DNA of 64,000 nucleotides. Origin: a virus. Below are positions 38,301-46,605 of the stretch, piece by piece. Under the pieces are notes generated by a model. It had not been told where the DNA came from, searched no databases, and worked only from the letters and a program-made list of their open reading frames with translations. Where the stretch lies: IMG/VR virus record IMGVR_UViG_3300035670_000179, positions 2,501-66,500 of that record; one strand, given 5' to 3'. Both the position numbers and the translations under genes were made by a program. The stretch's first letter is position 1; every line of letters begins with the position of its first letter.

Positions 38301-40964
38301 AGCACCTTGTAAACCTTGAGTTCCTTGAGGACCTTGTGAACCTTGAATTCCTTGAGTTCCTTGATTTCCTTGAAGACCTTGTAAACCTTGAGTTCCTTGA
38401 GGACCCTGTGAACCTTGAATTCCCTGTGTTCCTTGATCTCCTTGAAGTCCCTGAAGACCTTGTAAACCTTGAGTTCCTTGAGGACCCTGTGAACCTTGAA
38501 TTCCTTGTGTTCCTTGTGTTCCTTGAACACCTTGAGAACCCTGATTACCCTGAACACCTTGAGACCCTTGAATTCCTTGAGTTCCCTGATTTCCTTGAAG
38601 ACCTTGTAAACCTTGAGTTCCTTGAAGACCCTGAGAACCTTGAAGACCCTGATTACCCTGAAGACCCTGAAGACCCTGTGTTCCTTGAACGCCTTGAGAC
38701 CCCTGAGAACCTTGAAGACCCTGATTACCCTGAAGACCCTGAAGACCCTGTGTTCCTTGAACGCCTTGAGACCCCTGAGAACCTTGAAGTCCTTGAGTGC
38801 CTTGGAGACCTTGATTTCCTTGTGTTCCTTGGAGACCTTGTGAACCCTGAGAACCTTGAAGTCCTTGAGTGCCTTGAGTTCCTTGTAAACCTTGGAGACC
38901 TTGAGTTCCTTGTAAACCTTGGAGACCTTGAGTTCCTTGTAAACCTTGGAGACCTTGAGTTCCTTGTAAACCTTGGAGACCTTGAGTTCCTTGTAAACCT
39001 TGGAGACCTTGGAGACCTTGAGTTCCTTGAACGCCTTGAGACCCCTGAGAACCTTGAAGTCCTTGAGTGCCTTGGAGACCTTGATTTCCTTGTGTTCCTT
39101 GGAGACCTTGTGAACCCTGAGAACCTTGAAGTCCTTGAGTACCTTGGAGACCTTGCGAACCTTGCAGACCCTGAGCCCCTTGTCTCCCTTGTGTTCCTTG
39201 AATACCTTGAGAGCCTTGAAGTCCTTGAGTTCCTTGGATACCTTGAGAACCTTGAGAACCTTGCAGACCTTGGGAACCTTGGATACCTTGAGAACCTTGA
39301 GTTCCTTGAATACCTTGAGAACCTTGAGAACCTTGCAGACCTTGAGATCCTTGAATACCTTGAGAACCTTGTAGACCCTGAGAACCTTGCAGACCCTGAG
39401 TTCCTTGTGTTCCTTGGAGACCTTGAGAACCCTGAGAACCTTGTAGACCCTGAGAACCTTGTAGACCCTGAGAACCTTGTAGACCCTGAAGACCTTGAGA
39501 ACCTTGTAGACCCTGAGTTCCTTGCAGACCCTGAGAACCTTGTATACCCTGAGTTCCTTGTGTTCCCTGTAATCCCTGAGAACCTTGTAGACCCTGAGTT
39601 CCTTGCAGACCCTGTGAACCTTGAAGACCTTGAGTTCCTTGAGATCCCTGCAATCCTTGAGAACCTTGAGATCCCTGCAATCCTTGAGAACCTTGAATTC
39701 CTTGAGTTCCTTGTGTTCCCTGTAATCCCTGAGAACCTTGAAGACCCTGAGAACCTTGGATTCCTTGTGAACCTTGAATTCCTTGAGATCCTTGAGTACC
39801 TTGAATTCCCTGTGAACCTTGTGAACCTTGAATACCTTGAGAACCTTGAATTCCTTGTATTCCCTGAGACCCTTGAAGACCTTGAGAACCTTGTAGACCT
39901 TGAGAACCTTGAGAACCTTGTAAACCTTGACTACCTTGGACTCCCTGGTTACTAAGACCTTGTAAACCCTGGAGACCCTGTAGACCTTGTAGACCTTGTA
40001 GACCTTGATTTCCTTGTACGCCTTGATTACTTAATCCCTGTAGACCTTGAAGACCCTGTAGACCTTGTAGACCTTGTAGACCTTGATTTCCTTGTACGCC
40101 TTGGTTACTTAAACCTTGAAGTCCCTGGAGACCTTGTAATCCTTGAGAACCCTGAACACCTTGAGAACCCTGAACACCTTGGTTACTTAAACCTTGAAGA
40201 CCCTGAAGACCTTGAACGCCTTGGTCTCCTTGAACACCTTGAGAACCCTGAACACCTTGGTTACTTAAACCTTGAAGACCCTGAAGACCTTGAACGCCTT
40301 GGTCTCCTTGAACACCTTGAGAACCCTGAACACCCTGATTGCTAAGTCCCTGAAGACCTTGGAGACCTTGAGAACCTTGAGCACCCTGAAGACCTTGATT
40401 ACCTTGAACCCCCTGATTACTTAAACCTTGGAGACCCTGAAGACCTTGATTACCTTGAGGTCCTTGAGAACCTTGAATACCTTGTAAACCTTGATTACCT
40501 TGAGTTCCTTGAAGTCCCTGAACACCTTGAGGTCCCTGTGAACCCTGAATCCCTTGGAGACCTTGTAATCCTTGTGTTCCTTGCTCACCCTGAAGACCTT
40601 GATTTCCTTGAACACCTTGGGTTCCTTGCTCACCCTGAAGACCTTGAGTACCCTGAAGTCCTTGATTACCCTGAAGACCCTGAAGACCCTGTAGACCTTG
40701 AGTACCTTGAATACCTTGAGCATAAACATCTCTGGAAGGAACCCAAAATCTCCTTCCAGTATATCCTTCAGCAGCAATTAAAACATAATGATCTACTGGA
40801 ACAGTTTGTCCTGGAGTAAAAGGATTAGTTCCTATAGAAGAAACGCCAACTAGCGGATCGCCTAAATCTGGTTCTGCTTGTTCAAGCCCAAGAAATTGAT
40901 ACCTATCAGAGGTAATACCAGATTGGTCAAATCTTCTAACTCTTCCAGAACTATACTTTGACAT
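32316..40964 (-). CDS. giant collagen-like fibre protein (2882 aa): three GXQ tracts, beta-helix-like and LamG domains, C-terminal chaperone-like domain
   Basis: GXQ tracts at about 37434-40718, 33585-34577 and 32860-33072; LamG FGTGAFTIE.FV...GYLDEIRISN..RY; C-terminal KSFVIQHP...LRYGSLEGPE.GVY.RG. Confidence 0.92.
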   Translation of the reverse strand: MSKYSSGRVRRFDQSGITSDRYQFLGLEQAEPDLGDPLVGVSSIGTNPFTPGQTVPVDHYVLIAAEGYTGRRFWVPSRDVYAQGIQGTQGLQGLQGLQGNQGLQGTQGLQGEQGTQGVQGNQGLQGEQGTQGLQGLQGIQGSQGPQGVQGLQGTQGNQGLQGIQGSQGPQGNQGLQGLQGLSNQGVQGNQGLQGAQGSQGLQGLQGLSNQGVQGSQGVQGDQGVQGLQGLQGLSNQGVQGSQGVQGDQGVQGLQGLQGLSNQGVQGSQGVQGSQGLQGLQGLQGLSNQGVQGNQGLQGLQGLQGLQGLQGLSNQGVQGNQGLQGLQGLQGLQGLQGLSNQGVQGSQGLQGSQGSQGLQGSQGLQGSQGIQGIQGSQGIQGSQGSQGIQGTQGSQGIQGSQGIQGSQGLQGSQGLQGTQGTQGIQGSQGLQGSQGSQGLQGSQGTQGLQGSQGLQGTQGLQGSQGLQGTQGTQGIQGSQGLQGTQGLQGSQGLQGLQGSQGLQGSQGLQGSQGSQGLQGTQGTQGLQGSQGLQGSQGIQGSQGLQGSQGSQGIQGTQGSQGIQGSQGLQGSQGSQGIQGTQGLQGSQGIQGTQGRQGAQGLQGSQGLQGTQGLQGSQGSQGLQGTQGNQGLQGTQGLQGSQGSQGVQGTQGLQGLQGLQGTQGLQGLQGTQGLQGLQGTQGLQGLQGTQGLQGLQGTQGTQGLQGSQGSQGLQGTQGNQGLQGTQGLQGSQGSQGVQGTQGLQGLQGNQGLQGSQGSQGVQGTQGLQGLQGNQGLQGSQGLQGTQGLQGLQGNQGTQGIQGSQGVQGNQGSQGVQGTQGTQGIQGSQGPQGTQGLQGLQGLQGDQGTQGIQGSQGPQGTQGLQGLQGNQGTQGIQGSQGPQGTQGLQGAQGLQGNQGTQGIQGSQGVQGNQGSQGVQGTQGTQGIQGSQGVQGNQGSQGVQGTQGAQGTQGTQGLQGSQGIQGSQGVQGTQGTQGLQGLQGNQGLQGSQGVQGTQGTQGLQGTQGNQGLQGLQGLQGNQGLQGNQGNQGTQGLQGLQGNQGLQGSQGLQGRQGSQGLQGIQGLQGLQGNQGLQGNQGNQGTQGLQGLQGNQGLQGSQGLQGRQGSQGLQGSQGPQGAQGAQGAQGTQGLQGTQGNQGTGTQGSQGAQGLQGTQGNQGLQGNQGLQGLQGTQGLQGLQGSSDGGVTILDDSVTNTNLYVGFVTNTSGIAKTVYVSSDKLQFNPSTGSLGIGTIFDIIPYDTLNNGTLSFEASAGQIFSITNNLTSGSIFSVNDVSGIPSIDVDADGTIQLAPYGSNEYVGIGTTSPTSKLTVTGDVLVSGVVTATAYFGDGSNLTGIRASQGNTYYVTVEGSDSNPGDSLNEPFLTIQKALSVATSNDKVYIGVGTFTETFPLVIPQGVEVKGSSIRGTFIQPTEATKTNDGFVLNGETSVEDLTIGNFYEPGYGFKFASGMKTVSRSPYMQRVTVLNKGSITSSTDPYGFDTAHNPPVSYKAGRGVLIDGSVVDPTTLEPAMLFNECTFITPNNIALEMTNGARTEWVNCFTYFADKGIYSYAGNVGLGSTGKARIKVASITGTNPSANNQVYYFDSTDNSGTYTRSGTTVDITKVGHGLTTGDRVYADFTSGGGTDGFYIVNNIVGINTFRITDTVSGTTSGNVTYREALGFGTVSSYDSSTGTVTLVGKGEGAFETATSRSGKPVIAYGGARVSTAQQKFGTGSASFDGTGDYLSTPQNADFDFGTGAFTIETFVRINAQGETHYLISKGVDLVLQVDSNNKLVGQCGLTTVTGTTTVAIDTWYHAAFRRDGSNNLQLTLDGSIEGTGTSSDDINNTNAVEFGGRATAPDDSLNGYLDEIRISNISRYSSSFTPTTSQFSSDANTKILLHCDGDNNSVIFNDSTIQVQDVRFVSSGTQIATADEITLADYQQFGAEMRSIGSAAVFGNTGVTADGLGCTLRLFAFNFGHIGSGKDFSQDDSLVNQEDEVIQINGGKVLYVSIDQRGDFRVGNSFYVNEEDGLVSFGGQEFNISSLSNLDVTDGTNTTTITPTSITVGNLLLTGNELTSTIGDIDINPSGINSTNVIGDLNVSGDTNVDGDLSLDGALYDQNGNVGTTTSVLISTGIGVSWALIRDVALQGIQGAQGLQGSQGRQGLQGSQGLQGIQGSQGVGIQGLQGNQGVGIQGLQGSQGRQGLQGSQGLQGNQGSQGLQGNQGSQGNQGLQGSQGRQGLQGSQGNQGLQGLQGTQGNQGLQGLQGLQGTQGNQGLQGSQGRQGAQGLQGSQGNQGLQGLQGTQGNQGLQGSQGRQGLQGSQGNQGVGSQGLQGSQGAQGTQGLQGTQGNQGLQGSQGNQGVGSQGLQGSQGRQGLQGSQGLQGTQGNQGLQGSQGRQGAQGLQGLQGTQGTQGNQGLQGSQGRQGAQGLQGLQGTQGNQGLQGSQGRQGDQGIQGSQGLQGSQGRQGAQGLQGLQGASDGGVTIIEDNSTNQNWFVGILSANSGIAKTIHISQNKLQFNPSTGAFGIGTAIDIVPYDISNGTLSFEGSAGQLFSVTNNLTSGSIFSVNDVSGIPSFDVDANGTVSVVSYGGSLGIGTTNPTAKAHVSGDLRLTGGLYDSNNSIGAASSILVSTGSGVVWQTATGAGAQGSQGTQGLQGTQGNQGLQGSQGRQGAQGIQGSQGRQGAQGIQGSQGRQGSQGIQGLQGSQATQGVQGPAGPSNVLNASAVTTNATFYPVFVAGTGNQTPSIRTSPIAFSFNPSTSDLIIGGNVGVGTANPQYKLHVIGSFAATTKSFVIQHPTRKDKQLRYGSLEGPENGVYLRGRSQNIVIELPDYWTKLVDEDTITVSLTPIGNSVLPRVYRVINNTVEVFSKESGEFDYYFTVFAERKDVEKLEVEF
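33585..34577. repeat. 9 bp-period coding repeat (collagen tract 2)
   Basis: About 110 GXQ triplets. Confidence 0.95.
37434..40718. repeat. 9 bp-period coding tandem repeat (CAA-GGN-NNN) with higher-order 27/78/153 bp duplications
   Basis: 27 bp unit CCTTGTAAACCTTGGAGACCTTGAGTT repeated at 38881-39010; 153 bp-period duplication at 37651/37804. Confidence 0.95.
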
Positions 40965-40968
40965 TTAT

Positions 40969-41316
40969 TTACTGCTTCGCTGTTTCAAGAACGCTGAGAA
41001 CAAGTTCAAGAGAATTATTTTCAGTTGCCTGAATTTTTATAACATCGTTAGTTTCTAATGCTAATCTTCCATCAGCAACTAAACTGTAACTATCATTTTG
41101 AGGTATAGGAACCTGATTGGCAAATTTGTAATCTGCTGGACTTTCAGTATTTCTTGAATGAACTGCAGTTACACTACAAACTCCACTAGAAACATTTGTG
41201 ACCTGAGATAAAATAACAATCGAAGCAACTCCAATAGGACAAGTATATATTCCTACCAAATTTGTACTTAGACCAACTCTAAGCGTTCTAAATTTATTAA
41301 GTGCAACTGCTGCCAT
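40969..41316 (-). CDS. small structural adaptor-like protein (paralog of 28105-28431)
   Basis: IYTCP...TN...IP.NDS....GRLALETND.I.I pattern. Confidence 0.75.
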   Translation of the reverse strand: MAAVALNKFRTLRVGLSTNLVGIYTCPIGVASIVILSQVTNVSSGVCSVTAVHSRNTESPADYKFANQVPIPQNDSYSLVADGRLALETNDVIKIQATENNSLELVLSVLETAKQ

Positions 41317-41317
41317 T

Positions 41318-44300
41318 TTATCTACTTAGTGCAATAATTAATGGTGTTACTGTATTTAACAAACTTTGACTAAACGCTCTTCCTGTAATTGTTCCTGTAA
41401 CTTGGTTAATTGTTACATCATCACCAATCTTAAAATTACCACCTTGGTCTGTGCTTGTATAAACAATAATTCCACCATTTCTTTGCACAACTTCGTTTTC
41501 TTGAATTACTACACCACCCAAAGCTGGTTTTGCACTATTAATATTATTTCCAGAACCTACCCACTCAAAAGAGTGTGAAGATGTAATTTGGAGACTTACT
41601 CTAGTAAAGTAAACTGTTGTTCCTACACTAACTGTATTATTTAGATTTGATAATAAAGTGATTGTAGAAATACCAGCAGAAGGTAAAGTAGCACTCTGAA
41701 CGGAATAATAGATTGGATATAGAGTTGTAGTTGCGGCAGCACCAACTCCTCCTCCACCACCACTAAATGTTATTGTTGGATTTGTTTTATATTGAGTTCC
41801 TGTACTAATAATATCGACAGAAACAACTCTCCCACCTTCAATATTTGCACTTGCTTCTGCACGAATTCCATTTGGTCCTTCTGGGTCACTTAAGGTTACA
41901 TCTGGTGGAGTAGTATAACCACTTCCACCATCAGTCACTTCAATAGACTGGACAAAGTAATAAAGGTCTCCAAAATAAAGTGCCTGACCATCATAAGGAC
42001 GATAAGAACCAATACCAGAAACTACAATTACATCTTGTTCTAGTTCTGCAATTTGATGTGCTTTTCCTGTATAATGGTAAATTGATTTTGTAGTTTGGTC
42101 TCCAACACCATCAGAAACTAGTCCAAGTCTTCCGAATGAAGAGTTGGAGTTTGTAATATCACACTGACCACCAGAACCAGTAAAGATTGCAATATCATCA
42201 CAAATCGTAAAGATTGATACCAACTGAGAATATGCACCATTAGTAATAGAAACTCCAATACCACCCTGATTGTATTGAGTGTAACTGTCAACGCTCATAG
42301 TACCAGTCACACCAATATCAACTTGGTCTCCAGGCTCTGCATCAAAACCATCTACTTTCATTCCAATACTGTCAGGAACGAAATTAGTGCAGTTTCTTAT
42401 ATAAGGTCCTTGTGTAATTGGTCCTACTCCCTTTGAATATGGAGGAATAACTTTTCCACCAGAAACATAAGTATGAGGAATTGTAGAAACTCCAGTATTC
42501 ACAACGAACGTATTTCCAAAACTTGGAACATCTAAAACTCTAAACTTAAATCCACCAGACTTTCCTGTAGGATATATTGTAGTTGTTCCCGCACCACTAG
42601 TGCAGGAGAATTCTAAGTCTCTAAGACCTACATTTTGCCCCAACTTAACATAAGCTCCTGGTGCAACAATCGTAGTAATACCAGTAACATTATCATAAGT
42701 TGCGTCTGTAACATTTATAGAACGGTCAACAATAAATCCACCCCCAACATAAGTATGAGGAATTGTAGAAATTCCAGTATTAATTTCAAATGCCCCATTT
42801 TCAAATACTTTATCTACAAAGAACTCATATCCATATCTTCCTGAGGGAAATTTTTGAGTAGATGTTGTCAATCCAGAAGAACATTCAAATACCAAATCAT
42901 AAAGTTCAATCAAATCTCCAGGTTTGACTGATAATCCTGGAGCAGATAATATGGTCTTTCCAGTTTCATTCTCATAAGTTGCTGACTGTACATTTACAAT
43001 TGTCGTAAATCCTATTCCACTATTACCTGGATAAGTTGTAGTAATTCCTGCAGTTGAACCTAACCCAACAATCGTGGTTACAACTCCAACTGAAGACCTC
43101 ATAGCAGAAACAACGTCGGTGCAAGAATTTAAGGAATTATTAAATCCAGTTTCATAATCAACCTGCATGGATAGGTCTTTGACCTGTAAAAATTCATTTT
43201 GGAAGTTTTGATACTTCTGAATTGTTCCGCCCGAAACATAAGTGTGTGGAAGCGTTGATTGACCTACGACAACCTCAAAGGTATTTGAGTTGACAACTCT
43301 TTTTACTGGAAAAACATATCCAAGACTTCCTGTTGGGTATGTTAGAATTGTTGGTCCTGATGGACAGGAGAACTGGAGACCTTGAATTTTTACTGGGTCA
43401 TCTAATAGTAATCCGTGATTGGATGCAGTAACAGTAGTAATTCCAGTTAGATTATCATAAGTAGCACCCGATACGTTTATAACAGGTCCTGCTGGATATC
43501 CACCCCAAGTACAATTATTTACAACGGCACGGGCAATATTGAAAGAATAATCCAAAGTAGCAATAGTTTGTTCTACTTCTCCAGGATTTTTAAGAATTTG
43601 TGGTATTAAATTCCAGTCATCATCAAAGTAGAACTTAGCAGCACGAACTGATTTAGAGTTACCACCTCTTGTCATATCAAAACATATTGCTCTCCAAATA
43701 TCCTTTACATCGTCAGCACAATCGTTACTTTCAAGAGTTACTCCAAACTCAATTGGTGGTGCCTGTTCCGTTCCTATTCCAATAATATCTGTGATAATTT
43801 CTGCAAGAGATTCAATTCTTATGATTGTATCTCCACATCCACCAGAAACTAAAATTGGAGAATAACTACTAGTATCTTGTGATAAATTTGTATATTGTGT
43901 TGGATAAGACTCATTATTAATTACAAAGGTTACAATTCCAACTGCATGATTGATTGCATCTACGGTTGCATCACGAATACTGTATCCATTAATATCAGTT
44001 CCCGTAATGTGTAAAAGACCGCCATTACTATCATAATATGTTAATCCTGCACCAATAGATTTCTTATTGCTTCCTGCCTTTAAGTCGTAAGAGATGGAAC
44101 GGAGAATATCTTTAATATCATCTTCACAATCTCCTGGAACAGTAGGAACAACAAATGGTGGAGACTTATAATCTGTAGAAGTAAGAAATCCTATAGTTTC
44201 TGATGCAATATAGTCAATATTTAAATCAATAAGTCTTGCGGCATCTTGTTCTCTGTGACTTCCAGCAAATCCACTAAATCCACTTGTTAAGAAACCAACT

Positions 44301-46594
44301 GCTTCTTTTGCAATATAATCGAGATTGATGCGAACCATTCTTGCCCCATCAAAAAATCTATCAGTCGATACTCCTAATAGTGGTTGTAGTGCAACAATTG
44401 CTGCACCGTTAGTCATATTAGGACCAATAAAACTCATATCAGTAATATGACATCCATTATTAACATGGAATAAGTCACGGTCTAAGAATTTTGGAGTTAC
44501 GACACAGTTACGAAGTTCTGTTCCCTCAACAGATACTGTCTTTGCCAAAACAATCGGGTTCTCTTCAACATAAACTCCTGGAAATACTTTGATGGTGTCA
44601 CCAAAGACTGCAACAGTAGATGCAGATTTAATCGTTCTCTTTGGATAATTTTCTGCTAGTCCAGTATTATTATCATCTCCAGTTTGTGAAACGTAGATTG
44701 TTTTTCCTACTGGTCGGTATGAAGTAATTTCAACAATTCCCTTACCATCAGGTTGTGTTGATTCAATATCAATTCCAATACCTGCAGTAATTTGAGTAAC
44801 AATTCCAGTTAAATTTACACCATTTCCTAAGAAAGTATCTGCAAGTAGATTGCCAGAAACTTGTAATCTTTCTGTTGGATTTGTTGTTCCAATACCAACA
44901 AACTCTGTTTCGGGAATATAAACAAAATTAGTAGCACCAGCAGCAACATTTTCATTATTGAAGATGACTTGCGTATCTTCACCAGCTACTGGTCCCTCTG
45001 TACCTTGAAGACCCTGCAGACCTTGATTTCCCTGAAGACCTTGAAGACCCTGCAGACCTTGATTTCCCTGAAGACCTTGAGTTCCCTGGTCCCCCTGTAA
45101 GCCCTGTAAACCCTGTGAACCTTGTGCTCCCTGAACACCTTGTTCACCTTGGAGACCTTGAGTACCTTGTAATCCTTGAAGACCTTGTGCTCCCTGAACG
45201 CCCTGGTCTCCCTGAATACCCTGTAGACCTTGAGTACCTTGGTCTCCTTGTAGACCTTGTAGACCTTGTGCTCCCTGAACACCTTGCTCACCTTGGAGAC
45301 CTTGAGTACCTTGGTCTCCTTGCAGACCCTGTAAACCTTGTGCTCCCTGAACACCTTGCTCACCTTGAAGACCTTGATTGCCCTGAACTCCCTGATTACT
45401 TAAACCTTGAAGACCCTGAAGACCTTGAACACCTTGGTCTCCCTGAAGACCTTGCAATCCCTGAAGACCCTGAAGACCTTGTAATCCCTGAAGACCCTGA
45501 AGACCCTGAGTTCCTTGAAAATCACTTAAAGGTCCTTGAGCACCTTGAAGACCCTGAAGACCTTGCAATCCTTGAAGACCCTGAAGACCCTGAGTTCCTT
45601 GAAAGTCACTTAACGGTCCTTGAGCACCTTGAAGACCTTGATTGCCTTGAGTTCCTTGAAGACCCTGAAGACCTTGAACACCTTGGTCTCCCTGAAGACC
45701 CTGAAGACCCTGTAAACCTTGAGTGCCTTGGTCTCCCTGAAGACCTTGCAATCCTTGAAGACCCTGAATACCTTGTCTTCCCTGATTTCCTTGTAGACCT
45801 TGTAGACCTTGAAGACCCTGAGAACCCTGAGAACCTTGAAGTCCTTGATTACCTTGAAGTCCTTGATTGCCTTGAGTTCCCTGAAGACCTTGAGAACCCC
45901 TAGACGATGCTTGGCATATTGTAAATTCACATTCACCAACTACGGTATTAACTGCATCTGATTGGTCTGCTTGGTCCATCCAAGCATATATTTCAAGATA
46001 GTCGCCTTGATTTAATTTTATTTGTGTGGTTACTTTTATATTTTTATTGTCGCCTAATGCAGCACCTTCACTATAAGAGGTTGACCTAGTTTCTGTAACC
46101 TCATTACCATTAACAAATATAGAAGCTATTGGAGAGATTCTCCCAGTTCCGGTATTTATAATTCCTATATTTGCATCTATTAAGTAAATACCCTCTATTA
46201 CTACTTGAACTCTTTGAGGATTTACTGTATTTGAATGAACGTATGATTCTAGTTGAGTATAAACAGTATTATCAAAACGAATAGGAACTCTATTCGCATA
46301 AGTTACATTAATATTTTCTGTTAACGTAACCTTGTTAAAATTGCAAGCATTAACATCTTTGTTTAAACCAATATTAAACCAAGTCCATCCACCTTGACCA
46401 TCAGATGTAAGAACATCAAATATATTTCCAGAGCTATTATCTTTGTCGTAAATTCCACCTGATACTTGAATATCATTAAAAGTGGATTTTTCTGAAGATG
46501 TTACATTACCTACTAAGTCACCTTCTGCAGTATCAAATAATCTTACCTTTTTATAAAACCAAGCCTCTTGACCTACAATAAACTTATCTGACAT
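41318..46594 (-). CDS. large collagen-containing fibre/baseplate protein (1758 aa)
   Basis: C1q-like N-terminal domain; about 300 aa GXQ (44991-45900); three ATY.N.TG...L.F.C..G...HTYV.GG repeats; ends PLIIALSR. Confidence 0.88.
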   Translation of the reverse strand: MSDKFIVGQEAWFYKKVRLFDTAEGDLVGNVTSSEKSTFNDIQVSGGIYDKDNSSGNIFDVLTSDGQGGWTWFNIGLNKDVNACNFNKVTLTENINVTYANRVPIRFDNTVYTQLESYVHSNTVNPQRVQVVIEGIYLIDANIGIINTGTGRISPIASIFVNGNEVTETRSTSYSEGAALGDNKNIKVTTQIKLNQGDYLEIYAWMDQADQSDAVNTVVGECEFTICQASSRGSQGLQGTQGNQGLQGNQGLQGSQGSQGLQGLQGLQGNQGRQGIQGLQGLQGLQGDQGTQGLQGLQGLQGDQGVQGLQGLQGTQGNQGLQGAQGPLSDFQGTQGLQGLQGLQGLQGLQGAQGPLSDFQGTQGLQGLQGLQGLQGLQGLQGLQGDQGVQGLQGLQGLSNQGVQGNQGLQGEQGVQGAQGLQGLQGDQGTQGLQGEQGVQGAQGLQGLQGDQGTQGLQGIQGDQGVQGAQGLQGLQGTQGLQGEQGVQGAQGSQGLQGLQGDQGTQGLQGNQGLQGLQGLQGNQGLQGLQGTEGPVAGEDTQVIFNNENVAAGATNFVYIPETEFVGIGTTNPTERLQVSGNLLADTFLGNGVNLTGIVTQITAGIGIDIESTQPDGKGIVEITSYRPVGKTIYVSQTGDDNNTGLAENYPKRTIKSASTVAVFGDTIKVFPGVYVEENPIVLAKTVSVEGTELRNCVVTPKFLDRDLFHVNNGCHITDMSFIGPNMTNGAAIVALQPLLGVSTDRFFDGARMVRINLDYIAKEAVGFLTSGFSGFAGSHREQDAARLIDLNIDYIASETIGFLTSTDYKSPPFVVPTVPGDCEDDIKDILRSISYDLKAGSNKKSIGAGLTYYDSNGGLLHITGTDINGYSIRDATVDAINHAVGIVTFVINNESYPTQYTNLSQDTSSYSPILVSGGCGDTIIRIESLAEIITDIIGIGTEQAPPIEFGVTLESNDCADDVKDIWRAICFDMTRGGNSKSVRAAKFYFDDDWNLIPQILKNPGEVEQTIATLDYSFNIARAVVNNCTWGGYPAGPVINVSGATYDNLTGITTVTASNHGLLLDDPVKIQGLQFSCPSGPTILTYPTGSLGYVFPVKRVVNSNTFEVVVGQSTLPHTYVSGGTIQKYQNFQNEFLQVKDLSMQVDYETGFNNSLNSCTDVVSAMRSSVGVVTTIVGLGSTAGITTTYPGNSGIGFTTIVNVQSATYENETGKTILSAPGLSVKPGDLIELYDLVFECSSGLTTSTQKFPSGRYGYEFFVDKVFENGAFEINTGISTIPHTYVGGGFIVDRSINVTDATYDNVTGITTIVAPGAYVKLGQNVGLRDLEFSCTSGAGTTTIYPTGKSGGFKFRVLDVPSFGNTFVVNTGVSTIPHTYVSGGKVIPPYSKGVGPITQGPYIRNCTNFVPDSIGMKVDGFDAEPGDQVDIGVTGTMSVDSYTQYNQGGIGVSITNGAYSQLVSIFTICDDIAIFTGSGGQCDITNSNSSFGRLGLVSDGVGDQTTKSIYHYTGKAHQIAELEQDVIVVSGIGSYRPYDGQALYFGDLYYFVQSIEVTDGGSGYTTPPDVTLSDPEGPNGIRAEASANIEGGRVVSVDIISTGTQYKTNPTITFSGGGGGVGAAATTTLYPIYYSVQSATLPSAGISTITLLSNLNNTVSVGTTVYFTRVSLQITSSHSFEWVGSGNNINSAKPALGGVVIQENEVVQRNGGIIVYTSTDQGGNFKIGDDVTINQVTGTITGRAFSQSLLNTVTPLIIALSR

Positions 46595-46605
46595 CTCCTA
46601 TATCC

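Noticed and set aside
37634-39955. 773 aa + strand ORF (LEDLENP...) and similar alternate-frame ORFs at 33476-34597, 33537-34271, 34034-34615, 37415-38557, 45115-45903 and 28925-29344
   Set aside because: Shadows of the 9 bp GXQ repeat, which lacks stops in some other frames; no SD or promoter, and the ORFs end where the repeat ends.
32860-45900. CRISPR-like or satellite array
   Set aside because: Repeats are in-frame coding triplets without unique spacers; no cas operon. The 61534-62220 nuclease is the usual core T4-like exonuclease.
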